Below, in pieces: positions 37,722 to 50,367 of a stretch of 64,000 bases of DNA. The DNA lies in assembly GCA_026914245.1 (NCBI GenBank), contig CP110439.1, positions 7,006,001-7,070,000 of the forward strand, in the 5' to 3' direction. The number at the start of each line of letters is the position of its first letter. Position 1 is the stretch's first letter. Origin of the DNA: Puccinia triticina (lineage: Eukaryota). Made by a program: the position numbers and the translations under genes. Under the pieces are notes generated by a model, which saw only the letters and a program-made list of their open reading frames with translations, was not told the DNA's origin and did no database searches.

Positions 37722-38231
37722 TGAGTGGCAGTCTGGTGAATAAGTAATGAAAATTTTGTCTACTCACGTTGACATCGGGAATGGGTGAAGGTAACCTCCG
37801 TTTGCATCAATTTTCCCAACGTGTGATCGCGTGATGTGTCGGTGTTGAGGACAGTTTTGTACTCGAGGTGCCTTGAACAAGGGTAGCGCTTTTTGCACGT
37901 GCAATGAGAAACATCGGGTTAATTTATCTTCAATTTTTGACCTGTGGCCCATGTAACTCTACAAAATACCGCCAACGTTGAGTTGGAACTGAACACGTGT
38001 TAAAGATGACGCTCGGAGGACTGAGACCGCAGTAAGCTGGCGGTCGATCGTGGAATTCATGCAAAGTTGTGTAGTGCCAGTCCCATTAATGCTCTATTCA
38101 TGGACAAGTAGGCCAAGCTGTCCGCTATATATCAATATTTGCAGACCAGCCAGACTGCGGATAATAATGGCGAGGCATAACAAATTCATGCAAGTGCTGC
38201 TTTCGACATTAATGCCATCTTGTCGCACAAC

Positions 38232-39211
38232 ATGCCAAACAAACAACCTCCATTACGTCTTTGGCTCATCACCATGAACACTCCGAAAGGACAAGAAGTC
38301 CAGATTCTCGTAGATGAACTGTCTGCGTGTTCCACCATCAATCTGGTTCACTTTGTCTGCAATGTACGGCTTGGTCACCAGAAGTCACCGGAGTTCCTCA
38401 AGCTTAACCCAAATGGCAAGTAACTATCCTGTTTCACTCTTGTCAAACTATTCAGTTGAAAGTATGTTCTGCAGGACAAATACCACTTCTCATGGATAAC
38501 AATCATGGTGCAATCAACACACCCTCGCGCCAATTCTGCGTCATGGAAACGGGCGCCATCGCAAAAGTTAGTCGCGCCGTTAATATGTCGAGTAGCAAAT
38601 CGCCCGATGCTAATAAATCTACCTGAAACAATTGGTCAGTACTTGTGTACATCGATTGATCTGAGTAACAAGTTCAAGTTCGCTTGCGGGCGTGAACAAT
38701 CCCAAATGGAAGATTGGATTGCGTGGAGCCTCTCAGATTTGAGCGTATCAGTGAACGAATGCATTCATTTTGTTTGTAAGTCAACCCCACAACAATAACT
38801 TCCCGACATTTTTGCTTATGCCGGTTTTATCCGAAGGCTACGCAACGGTGAAGGGGGGTTACCCAGAACATCACTTTCAAAATATGGTGCTGGAAGCCTT
38901 CAATCAACTTGATACTCATCTCAGCGGGGCGCCGGGGAGCATCCAAAGAGACTACGTATGTGGAATCAATTGGGGGATATATTCCTTTGCAGATATGTTC
39001 ATTTGGCCGTAAGTTCCGCACTTGTCTCAACATTGGAATGGAGGCGTACCTGACTGAGAACCGGCTGCAGCTGCGTAGATGGGTGAACATCAGCCACCTG
39101 TGCGGCTTTCAAAAGAATCCGCTGGACCAATACTCGTCACTTCATGCCTGGTTCATTCGTGTGAGATCGCAACCAGCGGTCATCATGGGGTGCTTGAGCA
39201 AGTACGAGTAA
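38232..39211 (+). CDS. Glutathione S-transferase, Ure2p-like, 5 exons
   Basis: TPKGQEVQILVDEL, QKSPEFLKLNPNG|QIPLLMD, METGAIAK|YL, YSFADMFIWP|WV, LHAWFIRVRSQPAV; manual splicing (first intron GC-AG) gives an uninterrupted frame. Confidence 0.88.
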
Positions 39212-40332
39212 GTGAGGAATGTCTCAAATCTCCCTATTTGGGCGTTAATAATAACGCTTTGCAACGTACCGCACCGTTCCTGCTTTGAAGGCTTGGCAAT
39301 TGATAGGACTCAAATGTGCCAACAGCAAGTCATCGACGATGGTTGTATTTCAAATGTACTCTTTGTGCTACGCTGTCCGCTATTTAACATGTATTGTAGT
39401 TGTGTCGCGCCTAAACCCAAAGGTTGGCCCACAATTGACGTTACCCTTCTCTGAATCCTCTGACGGAGGGTAGGGGGGGGGGGCAAATACAGTTGGGTGG
39501 AGGCGCGGCGGGTTGTGCCCCTGCGGCGGCGTAGCCGCCTTAAACTCTAGTTTACATAAAATCATAAAACCAATTTTGGCTGGGAGATGTCAGCGTGCAT
39601 AAAACTTAGGGTCTTGGAAAAACGACTCCCAAGTTTTGGGAAAACGACTCCCATACGTCCGCGCAACTATTTTTCGACCAGCACTAGACGTCGACATAGA
39701 CCCTTTTTTTGGGTACGACTTTTTTGGGAGTCGTCAACCCAAAAAATTTATTTTTTGGGAGTTGTCCCCACTAATTTTTCGTATTATTTTTTATTATTTT
39801 TAATATGTATAACTTTTTTGTTCCACGTACTAGAGACATAAAAATTTGAGAGCACAGAGAAACATACATAAAAATACAATACTGAAAGTTTTAGCATTAT
39901 TGTCCCATCAGAAAATTAGATATAAGGGACTAGGGTTGAAATTGCATGAAGAAGCAGAATCTGAATTAAGAACAAGGATATCTCTTAAGATGAAAAAGAT
40001 ATGTAGTAATTCATATGTAAAAAGTAGAAAAAAGGCAGACTTTAGGTCAGCTGTGTTGACTCTAAGGCTGACATGTGGAGCTTGCTCCCAGGAAAACTGC
40101 TTTTGCAGTTTGCCTGTGGAGTTTGCTCCCAGGAAAACTGCTTTTGCAGTTTGCTCCCAGGAAAACTGCTTTTGCAGTTTGCTCCCAGGAAAACTGCTTT
40201 TGCAGTTTGCCTGTGCAGTTTCCTCCAGGAAAACTGCTTTGGCAGTTTGCCTGTGGAGTTTGCTCCCAGGAAAACGGCTTTGGCAGCTTGCCTTGCTCCC
40301 AGGAAAACATCTTTGGCAGTTTGCCTGTGGAG

Positions 40333-43300
40333 TAAAGATGGCAAACAGGACCTGGGTACCGCCCGCGGGTCCGGGTACCAGACTGATTTTTGGGCCAAAC
40401 CTCATACCGGGCACCGCACCCAGCACCGCCAGGGCGGTGTCAGGCGGTACCGCCCTTAAAAAAACCACTCAAAAAAAGGTTTAGATTGTGTTTCTTTGGT
40501 CTGTACTCATTCTACTACTATAATATTCCTCCCCCCCTTGTCTCTTGTCTCTGTTGCCTTTCCTTTCTTTGCTTTCTGAATATCATCCTTGCACTTAGCC
40601 AAGGTCCCTACCGCAATCTTTCCCTTCTTTGAATAGAAAGCCACCGTCATACCTTTGCTTAAAGACTGAGCTGAGAGCTTGTGCCTTCTTGCCGAAATGT
40701 AATCGCGCCCAAAGCTGAATGCCCACTCCACATCAACAGAGGTTGCTGTAATTGTTTAGATGGTTGAATCAGATGATTAGTTAATTCAACACATGAAAGA
40801 TTTCTCTAAATTTCAAACTCACCCGGACAGCTCAAGACGTCCAGTGCCATATATAAGAGACCCCCATGAGTGTTTCCAGAAATCCTTTGCTGGAGCCACC
40901 ACCTCAGCGGATTTACGGGTTTGTTACCATCCAGTATGAGTCCCCCGGCAAGCCAAGCATCCAACGGTTCAGACAAGAGGTGTCCGCCTCAAGCTGCAGC
41001 AGCACTACCAAGTCTGGCAAGCATGCTGGTCCTAGGCTGTGGAATATTAAGGTGGATATTAGTCTTCAGGATGACAAAACCAACTGAGTTTGATTCAAAA
41101 AACGGAGAAATTTACCTTGGAAGTTGCGTTTACTGTCAATGATGCCACAGGGGTTGAATTTGGTGGTTCAGGCTTATAAAATGTTACCCACATATCCCGA
41201 GTCAGCCGTATAGCTTTGGCGATCCATTCCGGCTCCCATTTGGCTGATTTGAAGTACTTGTCCCTAAAAGATGGATGAAGGACTGGATTGAAATGTATTA
41301 GATCAAACACATGAGATGTAGATAAGAAACTTCAACATACCGATTGCAATCCTATAAAGAGGGGAGGTATTGGTTAGGCTGTAATATTTGTTGGTTATTT
41401 TCAAACCAAGCCAACAGGCATTCCTTAAAGCAGGTGGATATTTAGAAAAACTGATTGCTGTTGATAGATGTTCAGTTATTTGATCAATGAACATGACAAT
41501 GTTTGCCAAGCAATCCAAGCCTGTTACCAACACTTGAAGCGTAATCTTGTAGAAACGGTTGAGCACATCAACCAAATCATGAGCCAAGTCAAAGTCTGAC
41601 TGGTTCAAATAGTACTTCCGGTCAAACCCATGCTGTTTATGTCACTGCCACTTGAGGCTGGGGTGAAGCATTAGTTGTAGATATATGAGGAAACCTGGAA
41701 AAATAATGACTTACATGGCGGACTTGCATCTGATAATGCCCTGGAGTTGCAAAAGAGTTGAATTCCATCGGGTACGTACGTCGCGTTGTGGTAGACGGAA
41801 AAGTGGAAAAATAAAAAGTTTTTTCTATGCCACATAATTACTCATACTAGGCCTCAAGATACCATCAAATGGACCCCAGAAATGGATTCTACGGCCAATT
41901 TCACCCCTAGCCATCACTGGAAGCACCCCTGGACCCCCTCTAGTGTGGAAGTTACACCTCATGGACACATATCACACGGCCAGCCCCAGTAACCCAGCTG
42001 TCATCTGCCCCAACCCGAGTTTCACAGTAGTACACTTATACATATCACAGGATACAAACATACATCTCCCTGTCAGGCTACACTCATTACATATTAACTA
42101 CATACACTCCTTTATATACATAGTATGACATCATTTACACTGTTTCTGCAGCCTCAGACTTTGTGTATACACTAATTCCCCCTGTATGACAGCTCATGCA
42201 GTCTACTGTTACCTCATGCATGCATTAGAATGTTCTGTTGTATATTCTGACACCATTCATGTGCCCCTGAGGGGTTATGACATCATTTGTATCTACTCCC
42301 ACCAGCTAAAATCCCTCACCCTGTTGTCTAGATTAGCTGAAACCCTAACCCACAAGCCCCTCAGGGGCTCCCCTTTTGTCTATAAAAGGAGCTCTCTCCA
42401 CCCCCAGTGGCCTGCTCCCCAGTTCCTCACCCAGAACTCACAAGTCACCCAACACTCATCCACACTCAAATCCTAAAACCCTTATAACAATAAATCAACC
42501 CTTATAACAACATTTCAACCCTTATAACAAAGTAATTGAAACACTTACACGTTGCCAGTCAAACAGATTTCATCTGGAACAGACCAGACCTATCACTTAA
42601 TAAAACTTGCCAAGCTGAGCTTGGTGGGTCTTGTTGACTGATAACAGAAGGGCAGAGCTTGCAACTCCATCATACCCTTCACCATTCAGCAAAAGGGTTT
42701 CATTACCACTTTTGAGTCTTACAGCGTTCAATTGTATGAGGTGTTGCACCCATTTCAGCGCAGATATTGCAAAAGTGAGCCTTGGAGTTTGGGGAGTACC
42801 TCAGTTTCTTAGCAACAGCACAAAACTGTAAAATAAGGTGTCAGTTCTGATTCCTTCAATCAAAATAATCAAGTTAAGGTCTTACTTTAGCCAGAGATAT
42901 TCTGCAGCAATCACTTGTATAGCAATCATCATTGTCCTCATCGCTAGCATTATCAATGTTGTCCAGACTGAGCTATTCAGTATCATCTGAGTCTTGTCCG
43001 TTGATAGAATCCCGCTCGCTTCCAATATCTTCTTCATCAGATTGGTCGTCTATCTCGCGGGTGAAGCTGGGAGAAAAGAGAGACTGAGGGGCGAGGGCCT
43101 GAATCCAAAACAAGGTGGAGTGGTGCTTACGGCCTTATCTGCAGTGCTGCATTGTCATTGTCGGATGATTCCAAAATGTCTGAGCCGTCAGGGTCTGTTG
43201 TTGTTGGATTTTGTGAAGACTTTGCTTTCTTGTGAGCTCCAAAGGGGCGGAGGATACTTTGGACAATCAAGTTAAGCACATGGGCGAAACAACGTACCCA

Positions 43301-44846
43301 CTGTGCCTCCCCTTGGAAGCGAGTCCACTTGAGCTTCTTGAGCTCGTTTACCATGACTTTGTTGTTGGAAGCGTTGTTGCTTATCATCCCACATATCTGA
43401 AGTAAATAAGAATGTTCAGCCTTTGGAGCGATCAAAAGAAGACAATGTGGACCAAAAAAAGATGATGAAAGTCTAACCTTTTGCTGAATCCCAAATTTCT
43501 CAACTACCAGACGTACCGTCTCAGCTAAGTATTCACCAGTGTGACTCTAGGAGAGACGAATAAAGTCAAGAGGCATGGCCTCTAGCGTTGCTGCTGTATC
43601 TATATTGCCGGTTTCATGGAGTTCTAACCGGTAGATCACAACCCCCAGGATGTCAAACCCGTTGGGGGACTGCCACACATCCACACCTAAGTACATTGCC
43701 CCGGTGTGTGCCTAAGATAACATTGAACAAGGGTCAGCCAACAAATCAATATCAAAGGAAACTGACTCACTTTCAAAACAGAACAGTAGCTCTGTTGTAT
43801 TGCTGAGTAAAGCATGTGGATGTCCCTTGAAACCGTTCGTCTGCATGGTAAGTTCTTGTCAACTGTTGGATGGAGGATTGCCCGATGGCTAGGATCAGCC
43901 AGAGCTGAAAAGGGCCTCGCCGCCTTGGCACACCATACCGCACAGAGTTGGGCAACTTAGTTGGGTAGTTTAAATGTCAGCTTTCTTATCACAATCAATT
44001 CACACATTAAGATTTTTACCTCTTTTGAATTGATGTCTCCGGTCCCCCTGATTCCACAACTGGCCAAATTGGATTTCTTTTTGTCCTCGGCTTGTTTCCA
44101 GAGGCAGATTGAAGCGTGTTTGTGTAATTTTCCACAAGAGGAGTCCGATGTTGGGCGGTTGATCTTTGTTTCACATCTGATTAAGGATGTTAGCTCATAG
44201 ATTATTTTGGAAGAGAGACTTAGGAGACAGATTCAATCTTACATTTGGCAAGGATAAGCAATCATTCAACAACCGTGCTTGTCAAGCTGATTGGACAGCT
44301 TGGGTGTCGCATATGATTTGTAGCTGGAACTGATTCCATTTGTAGCTACTTTCTGAGCCTTTCCTGGATAATTACTTAGTCAGAAAGCAATGTCAAACTA
44401 TATTGAAATAGAAAATGGAAAGTTTTACACACGTAACTCTTCCTTGTCAGTGAGAGGGCGTCCTCCAGAAGCAGGCGGCTGACCGCTAGATGGAGTAATA
44501 TTGAGAGGAGTATTGCTGGCTGCCTTGGGTTTGTCATTTGCAGGGGGTGAGGCGGATGAATCGCGGGATGGGTTGGCTTTTTTTTGCTTGCGGGTGGCCA
44601 TCGGTTGGATGTCAAGGTGGAACTTGATTTCCGGCTTGGACTTCCCGTCCAGATCCCCCTACCCCCGGCGGGGGTAGGGGGATATGGACGGGGATGGCGG
44701 GTATGTCTGGGCAGTACCCGGTTGTGTGCCTTTTTTTTGGGAAAATCACGTACCCGGCACCGCCTGGACGGGTATCAGGCGGGTACAAGCGGTACCCCCT
44801 GGGCGGTACCCGGTACCTCCAAACGGGTACCTCTTTGTTATCCCTA
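40333..44846 (-). mobile_element. hAT DNA transposon with decayed spliced transposase
   Basis: Perfect 8-bp TSD ctgtggag (40325-40332, 44847-44854); ends taaagatggcaaa / tttgttatcccta; motifs NNASNN, RCFAHVLNL, RDVRTRWNST, ATSVDVEWAFS. Confidence 0.93.
41787..42723. mobile_element. Solo LTR inserted in the hAT transposase
   Basis: tgtgg...ttaca; gcgt duplicated (41783-41786, 42724-42727); removal restores IERDVRTRWNS; TATA-like tataaaagg at 42381. Confidence 0.8.
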
Positions 44847-45134
44847 CTGTGGAGTTTACTCACACAAAAACTGCTTTAGCAGTTTGCTCTCAGGAAAACT
44901 GCTTTAGCAGTTTGCTCCCAGGAAAACTGCTTTAGCAGTATTTGTAGCGGCCGGCCAAGATTTCCCCATGCGCTGAGAAATTCAGATCTGCGAGGCCGAT
45001 ACATTGCAGCAGTAGCGCATCGTTACAGCAATGTGCTACAACTTTCAAAAAATACATGAATTTTTTGCCGCTTGCGATGCTCTGTATTGGCCATTACAAC
45101 ACATGTGTCGTAATGGTTTCACGGTTGCTGCTCG

Positions 45135-46430
45135 GCGAGCAGCACATCCATGTACCTGCTCGGCAAGCAGGTACTTGTTCCCGCTTGACTTCGCAGCGGC
45201 TACAGGTATCTGCTTGGCGAGCAGGTCATCCTGATGGCCGAGCAGGTAGAGGTACCTGCTCGGCAAGCTTTTACCTTCTCGGCGAGTAGGTCAACCTGCT
45301 GGCCGAGCCGGTACTGTTACCTGCTTGGCCAGTAGGATGACCTGCCGGCCGAGCCGGAGCAGGTACCTGTAACTGTACCTGCTCGGCAAGCAGGTCATCC
45401 TGATGGCCGAGCAGGTAAAAGTAGCCTCTCGGCGAGCTTTTACCTGCTTGGCGAGTCGGTCAACCTGCTCCGAGCAGGTACTGTTACCTGCTTGGCCAGC
45501 AGGATGACCTGCCGGCCGAGCCGGAGCAGGTACCTGTAACTGTACCTGCTCGGCAAGCAGGTCATCCTGATGGCCGAGCAGGTAAAAGTACCCTCTCGGC
45601 GAGCTTTTACCTGCTCGGCCAGCAGGATGACCTGCCGGCCGAGCCGGAGCAGGTACCTGCAACTGTACCTGCTCGGCAAGCAGGTCATCCTGATGGCCGA
45701 GCAGGTAAAAGTACCCTCTCGGCGAGCTTTTACCTGCTCGGCGAGTAGGTCAACCTGCTCGCCGAGCAGGTGCTCAGGTGCCTGGCGACAGGGTACTGTT
45801 ACCTGCCTGGCCAGCAGGTTGACCTGCTCGCTGACCAGGTACCTGAACCTGCTCGGCCAGCAGCTTGGCAGGTTGACCTACTGGCGAAGCAGGTATAAGT
45901 ACCTGCTCGGCAAGCAGGCTGACCTGCTCGCCAAGGAGGTACCTCTAAGTGATCGGCCAGCACTGCTCGCCAGTCTGAGCAGTCTGCTTGGGCCGGCAAG
46001 TCGACGTCTTGGACCAGCAAGCAGGCTCCGGCCACTGTGGTTCGACGTGCTAACTGCCGGAGGGCTCCTCCCCGGGAAAGTTATCCGGGGAGGGTAACTT
46101 CTCCCCGGAGAGGTTCTCTTGACCAGTTCGATTTCGTCGGATGAGCTAACAACCGATGATTCAAAATCATTGGCTGTTGACCCACCGATGATTCGAAATC
46201 ATCGGTGAGTTAACAGCCGATATTCATTTTGCTCGGTGGGTCCGCAACCGAGGTTTCATATGATTGGTTATGAATGACCGATCATATGGAAGCTCGGTTG
46301 AACTGTCAACCGAGCTTCCATTGCTCGATTGGTGGCGGCCGAGGTTAACTCGGCTGGCCACTGATCGAGGAATTCAATTCCTCGGCCAGACAGCCTGCCG
46401 ATTTTGGCTCGGCCGCGGAGCAGCCGAGTT
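45135..46430. repeat. 23/46-bp double-hairpin array 5 and adjoining palindromic units
   Basis: unit cctgctcggcaagcaggtcatcctgatggccgagcaggtaaaagta (46 bp); then accgatgattcgaaatcatcggt-type palindromes from about 46130. Confidence 0.85.
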
Positions 46431-46944
46431 TGAATCGGGTGGCAAAACCCTTGGTTTACTGTCCCCCGATGTCAATTCGGATGCGGATTGCATCAGATGC
46501 GCGCAACCAATGTTAAATCGGTTGTGTGCATCCCAGACTAACAGGGATGCACGCATCCGAGGCTTATATGCTGGCAGTGTCATTATTGGAGTGCAGATTC
46601 CATAAAAGTGAGAGGAGGAAGGAGGAAACAAAGTTAAAATAAATGATAGTCAAACAGGGCTGGTCAAGAAGAACTGCAGTAGTAGTTCTCCATGCTTGAT
46701 CAAAAACACTATGGGGGGCTTTTGGATACAATTAAATTTAACACTTGGATGTGAATCAAACCACTAAGTTTTTTTACTGAAAGGTTTTTTTTGTAGTCTT
46801 TGATTTTTGATACTAATTTGTGGCAATGTGGAGCACATCACATTTGCTTGATGATGTACCTTGAGGGGGTTCAGTGCAGTCCCTTCCCCAGCCAAGACTG
46901 ACACCAGTTTCACCAATTGAGAGAATTTTCAAGTGTCTTTCTGA

Positions 46945-47253
46945 CCACAGTGGGTTGCTACTTTACAGTTATTGTTAACGTAACAATATTGTAGTGATTT
47001 TTGGCCCCAGCTCTATGCTAAACTTTTTTGCTCAATAATGCACTACTTTTCTTGATAAAGTGTTGCTTTGCTCAACAACACATTAATTGATTAGTAACAG
47101 GCTAACAGCCATACAAAGGTGGCCAGTCTACAATAAATGTGATGCAGCTATCCGCGCGCTAGCATTAACAATAACTGCAAAAATGATAAGCGCAGGGCAC
47201 TAATTTACTCTACAGCCCTGGATTTTTTAGAGTAAAGTAGCAACACACCATTA
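46945..47253. mobile_element. Degenerate MITE with 7-bp TSD (P-like)
   Basis: TIR ccacagtgggttgctactttac / gtaaagtagcaacacaccatta; tttctga at 46938-46944 and 47254-47260. Confidence 0.75.
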
Positions 47254-49842
47254 TTTCTGACAATGTTCCAGGTCATCAATATTTTTCTGTCAATAAGTAG
47301 ACAGACTTGCAACTGTATAACTTTGTTTGTTTCAGTAAATTTAATTTATTCAGATGCTTGAATTGTGCCATTAATTCAGCTCATCATTGTAGGAAAAACA
47401 TGTTCATGCAACAAAATATTTAATTTGACAAGCAAAATACTGGTACAGGAGAATGAAACCATAGATGACTAAAAGCATAGATGTAAGACTAAAAAATACA
47501 AATGAAAAATCATACTGGGGAGTTGGAAGATCAGAAAAGACTTGAAAAGAGAACAGGGGTGTCAATACACTTTTTGATGATGTCAGCATCCTCTCAATTT
47601 CTGGTCATGAGGATCTGTCACAACTTGAGTTGGAACTTTAAAACCAAAAGGGAATTCTCAATCTAGAAAATTTCTGGCAAGTTGAAGTAGGGAGGGAAGT
47701 AGATTAGTAAAAAGAAACTGCAAACGGTCAAAGCTTCCTTGAAGATAAGCCATCCTCACACAGCTGTGACTGTCTGCAACAGCCGTCCCTGTCAGTAGTT
47801 GTATAAGTAGCATCAGCAATGTGGAGTCAGAATTGGAGGTGGAAGAGCTGGGGACTGTTGATGGTGCTGCTCCTGGAGCATGGTTGGCACTGTGCGCCGG
47901 ATGCAAAGTGCCCTGCTGATTGTGCGGCTTTTCCTGACCTTGTCAAGCCCAAGGCCAGGCATCAAGCCCCTTCCCATGCTCATATTCTCCGTCCTGCTCT
48001 CAATCCTTGACAGCAGAAGTGGTTTATGAGGGGGAGGTAAAGACAGCGCCAATGGGGCAGGAGACATGGCTGGCGTTGAGGGAGCTCGGGACCGGCTGCT
48101 TGGCCCGGCCGCTGCCATCGCCCACCGCCACTGCCCTCATCTGAGTTATTGTTCTTGCTCCGGAGGCTGGGGGCGCCCATGATAAACATTGCAGCAGAGG
48201 GGGAGGGGTTCTTGAAGAGCTAAGAACGCACAGAGGTCAGATAGAGGGGTATGAGGGTGCATGGTGAGGGGAGGGGGGAGGAGGAGGACGGACCCAGGAG
48301 TGGAGTTTCTTGATAACCTGGTCAAGCGGGCTGTGGGGCACAAAGGTATGGGAAAGGGGGCCAGCAGTAGCCGCCGCTGGCAAGTTGATATCATGCTGTT
48401 GGTGTTGTTGGGAGGAGGAGGAAGGACATGGAGGGTTAGAGAATGATGGGGGGCAGGAGGCGGCGGCAGATGGGTGGGTAGAGAGGAAGTGGTTGCGGAC
48501 AGCGCGTTTACTGAGGAGAAGCTGGCGGTGGACCCAGGCGGAGAAGTTGAGGGAGCTCAGGAAGGCGTGTAGAAGGTAGAGGCGGAGAAGCTGGCCATGA
48601 GCCGGGATCAAAACTCAAATGTGGTGGTGTGTTCCTTCAAGGACTTGAGGAAAAGATTGGATTTGAAGGAGGCTGTCCGGCGGGGCTCTCTGCCTATCTC
48701 TCTGTCCCCCGTCGAAAATATGAGCATATACTACTGCACAACCAAAATAAAAGATCCAGGAGGAGAAACCACTCACTCGACCACTGGCAGCAGGGGGTGA
48801 AGTAGCTTTGGCAATGGAGGTGCTTGGGGAACTGCTTAGGGAGCACGGAGAAATGCCAGGCAATGAAGATTTTGACCTGGTGGTAGTCCTTGCACGCAAG
48901 ACAGAGCGGGAGCTGCTTGACCACCACATTGTTCTTGTGCAGCACCTGCTCCGCTCCGTCAGCAGCCCGATGTCGTGGTTGAGAGTTGCAGACACAGCAC
49001 ATTCGGCCAGGGATTCTCCTGCTATTGAGGTCGCCACCATTGTGTCGCCGAGACAGCTGTTGGATGAGAGAAATCAAGTCAGCCATAATACACATAGCAA
49101 TTGTGGAAGATTGAGGGACCAGACAACAAACAAGCCACTGAAGCTACCTCGGCGCCGAGTTAGTACTTGTTGATTGACGACCCCAGCCTGGCAAGAGCAA
49201 CGAAAGCGCCCAGGGAGATCATCCAATGGCGAGGGCACCGCCTAGCGGTGGTCAGAGAATAGTATAGTCTGGTCAGGTTATGCAACAGTTGGGAGGAGTT
49301 CATCTTTGTGCTCATGCTTACATATGTGTTGAGTGCTTTTGCCTGCAATGGCCATCGTGGCGCAACATTGTTTTGTGTAATTGGGAGCTTGGCAACGGCC
49401 TAATGGTTGAAACTGGGTACCAGGGTCGAGGCGTCGAGCTGGAGGGGAGAAGTTGGGCAGTTTTGTTGTGTCTGAATGGCTATTTAATGAAGCCTGATGA
49501 GTAGTATTGTTTGCCCCAGGCATCCTCTGCTGCTGTAATTCCAGCGCGCGGTTTGTCCTCAACCCCCTCCGCTGTTGCACTTGCACAGTTTGAGGGGCTC
49601 TACTCGGTGGCCCCCCTTTGCATAATGCCTTTACTGCGCGCGCTGGGGGTCATCCACCCACTATTTTAAACCCTGCTAGACAGGGATGGATAGTGGGTCC
49701 AGTTTGTGGTGTTTGGATTTTGTTTTTGTGATTTGTTTTTTTGAAAGGGGGAACCCTTGCATTTTTTTTTTAATTTGGTTAATTTTTAGGGGAAACCCTT
49801 GATCTTTGTTTCTGTGTTTCTCTGTCTTTAATAAACTTGGAT

Positions 49843-50160
49843 GTGCGCCAAAATTAGTAGGAAAATAACTGCTGACTGTGTAACTTTTGCGTTACACACC
49901 CAAAATGTCCACAAATTTCAGGGATATCTTAAGACTGCATAAACTCTGTGATATAGAATTTCTGGCATTATTGTTCCATCAGAACATGACACATAAGGGG
50001 TGTGCCAAATGCTCAGTAGGAAATGACTGCTAACTGTGTAACTTTTGTGTTACACAACCAAACAGTCTAAAATCTTCAGGGATATTTCAAGACTGTAACT
50101 CCTCTACGCTATAATGTTTGTGGCATTAGTGTGCCATAAGAACATGAGATATGAGGGGTG
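49843..50160. repeat. Diverged tandem duplication of about 158 bp
   Basis: agtaggaaa..actgct.actgtgtaacttttg.gttacaca...agaacatga.a.at.aggggtg occurs twice. Confidence 0.75.
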
Positions 50161-50367
50161 CAGCTCCACAATAGACATGCTCCCTACCAGCGCACAATTT
50201 GTACCTCATGTTTGATGACACAAACTCTCAGAGCTGCCAGAAATAATGAGGACAAGAAAATATAAAAAGTGTTTATTCAAAAAATACTAGAGAGGAATAA
50301 TATTCACAATATTTATTCAAAAAAGACTAGAACAACCACCAATACATGAAAACTACAAATGGAAATA

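Larger units (their letters stand above)
36101..39550 (+). mobile_element. Non-autonomous Helitron carrying two genes
   Basis: 3' hairpin ggcggc-gta-gccgcc (39525-39539) then CTAG (39547-39550) followed by T; candidate 5' TC at 36101 after A; no TSD; no RepHel. 5' end less certain. Confidence 0.75.
40076..44939. repeat. 28-bp tandem array split by the hAT insertion (40076-40332 and 44847-44939)
   Basis: unit gtttgctcccaggaaaactgcttttgca on both sides of the hAT. Confidence 0.85.

Noticed and set aside
39559..39608. Extension of the MULE TIR
   Set aside because: The aaaactta TSD places the MULE ends at 39609 and 55492; outer symmetry belongs to the host MITE
41789..42549. Alternative LTR boundary with cgttg duplication
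   Set aside because: Removing it alone does not restore the hAT frame, whereas 41787-42723 does; a second nested LTR is not excluded
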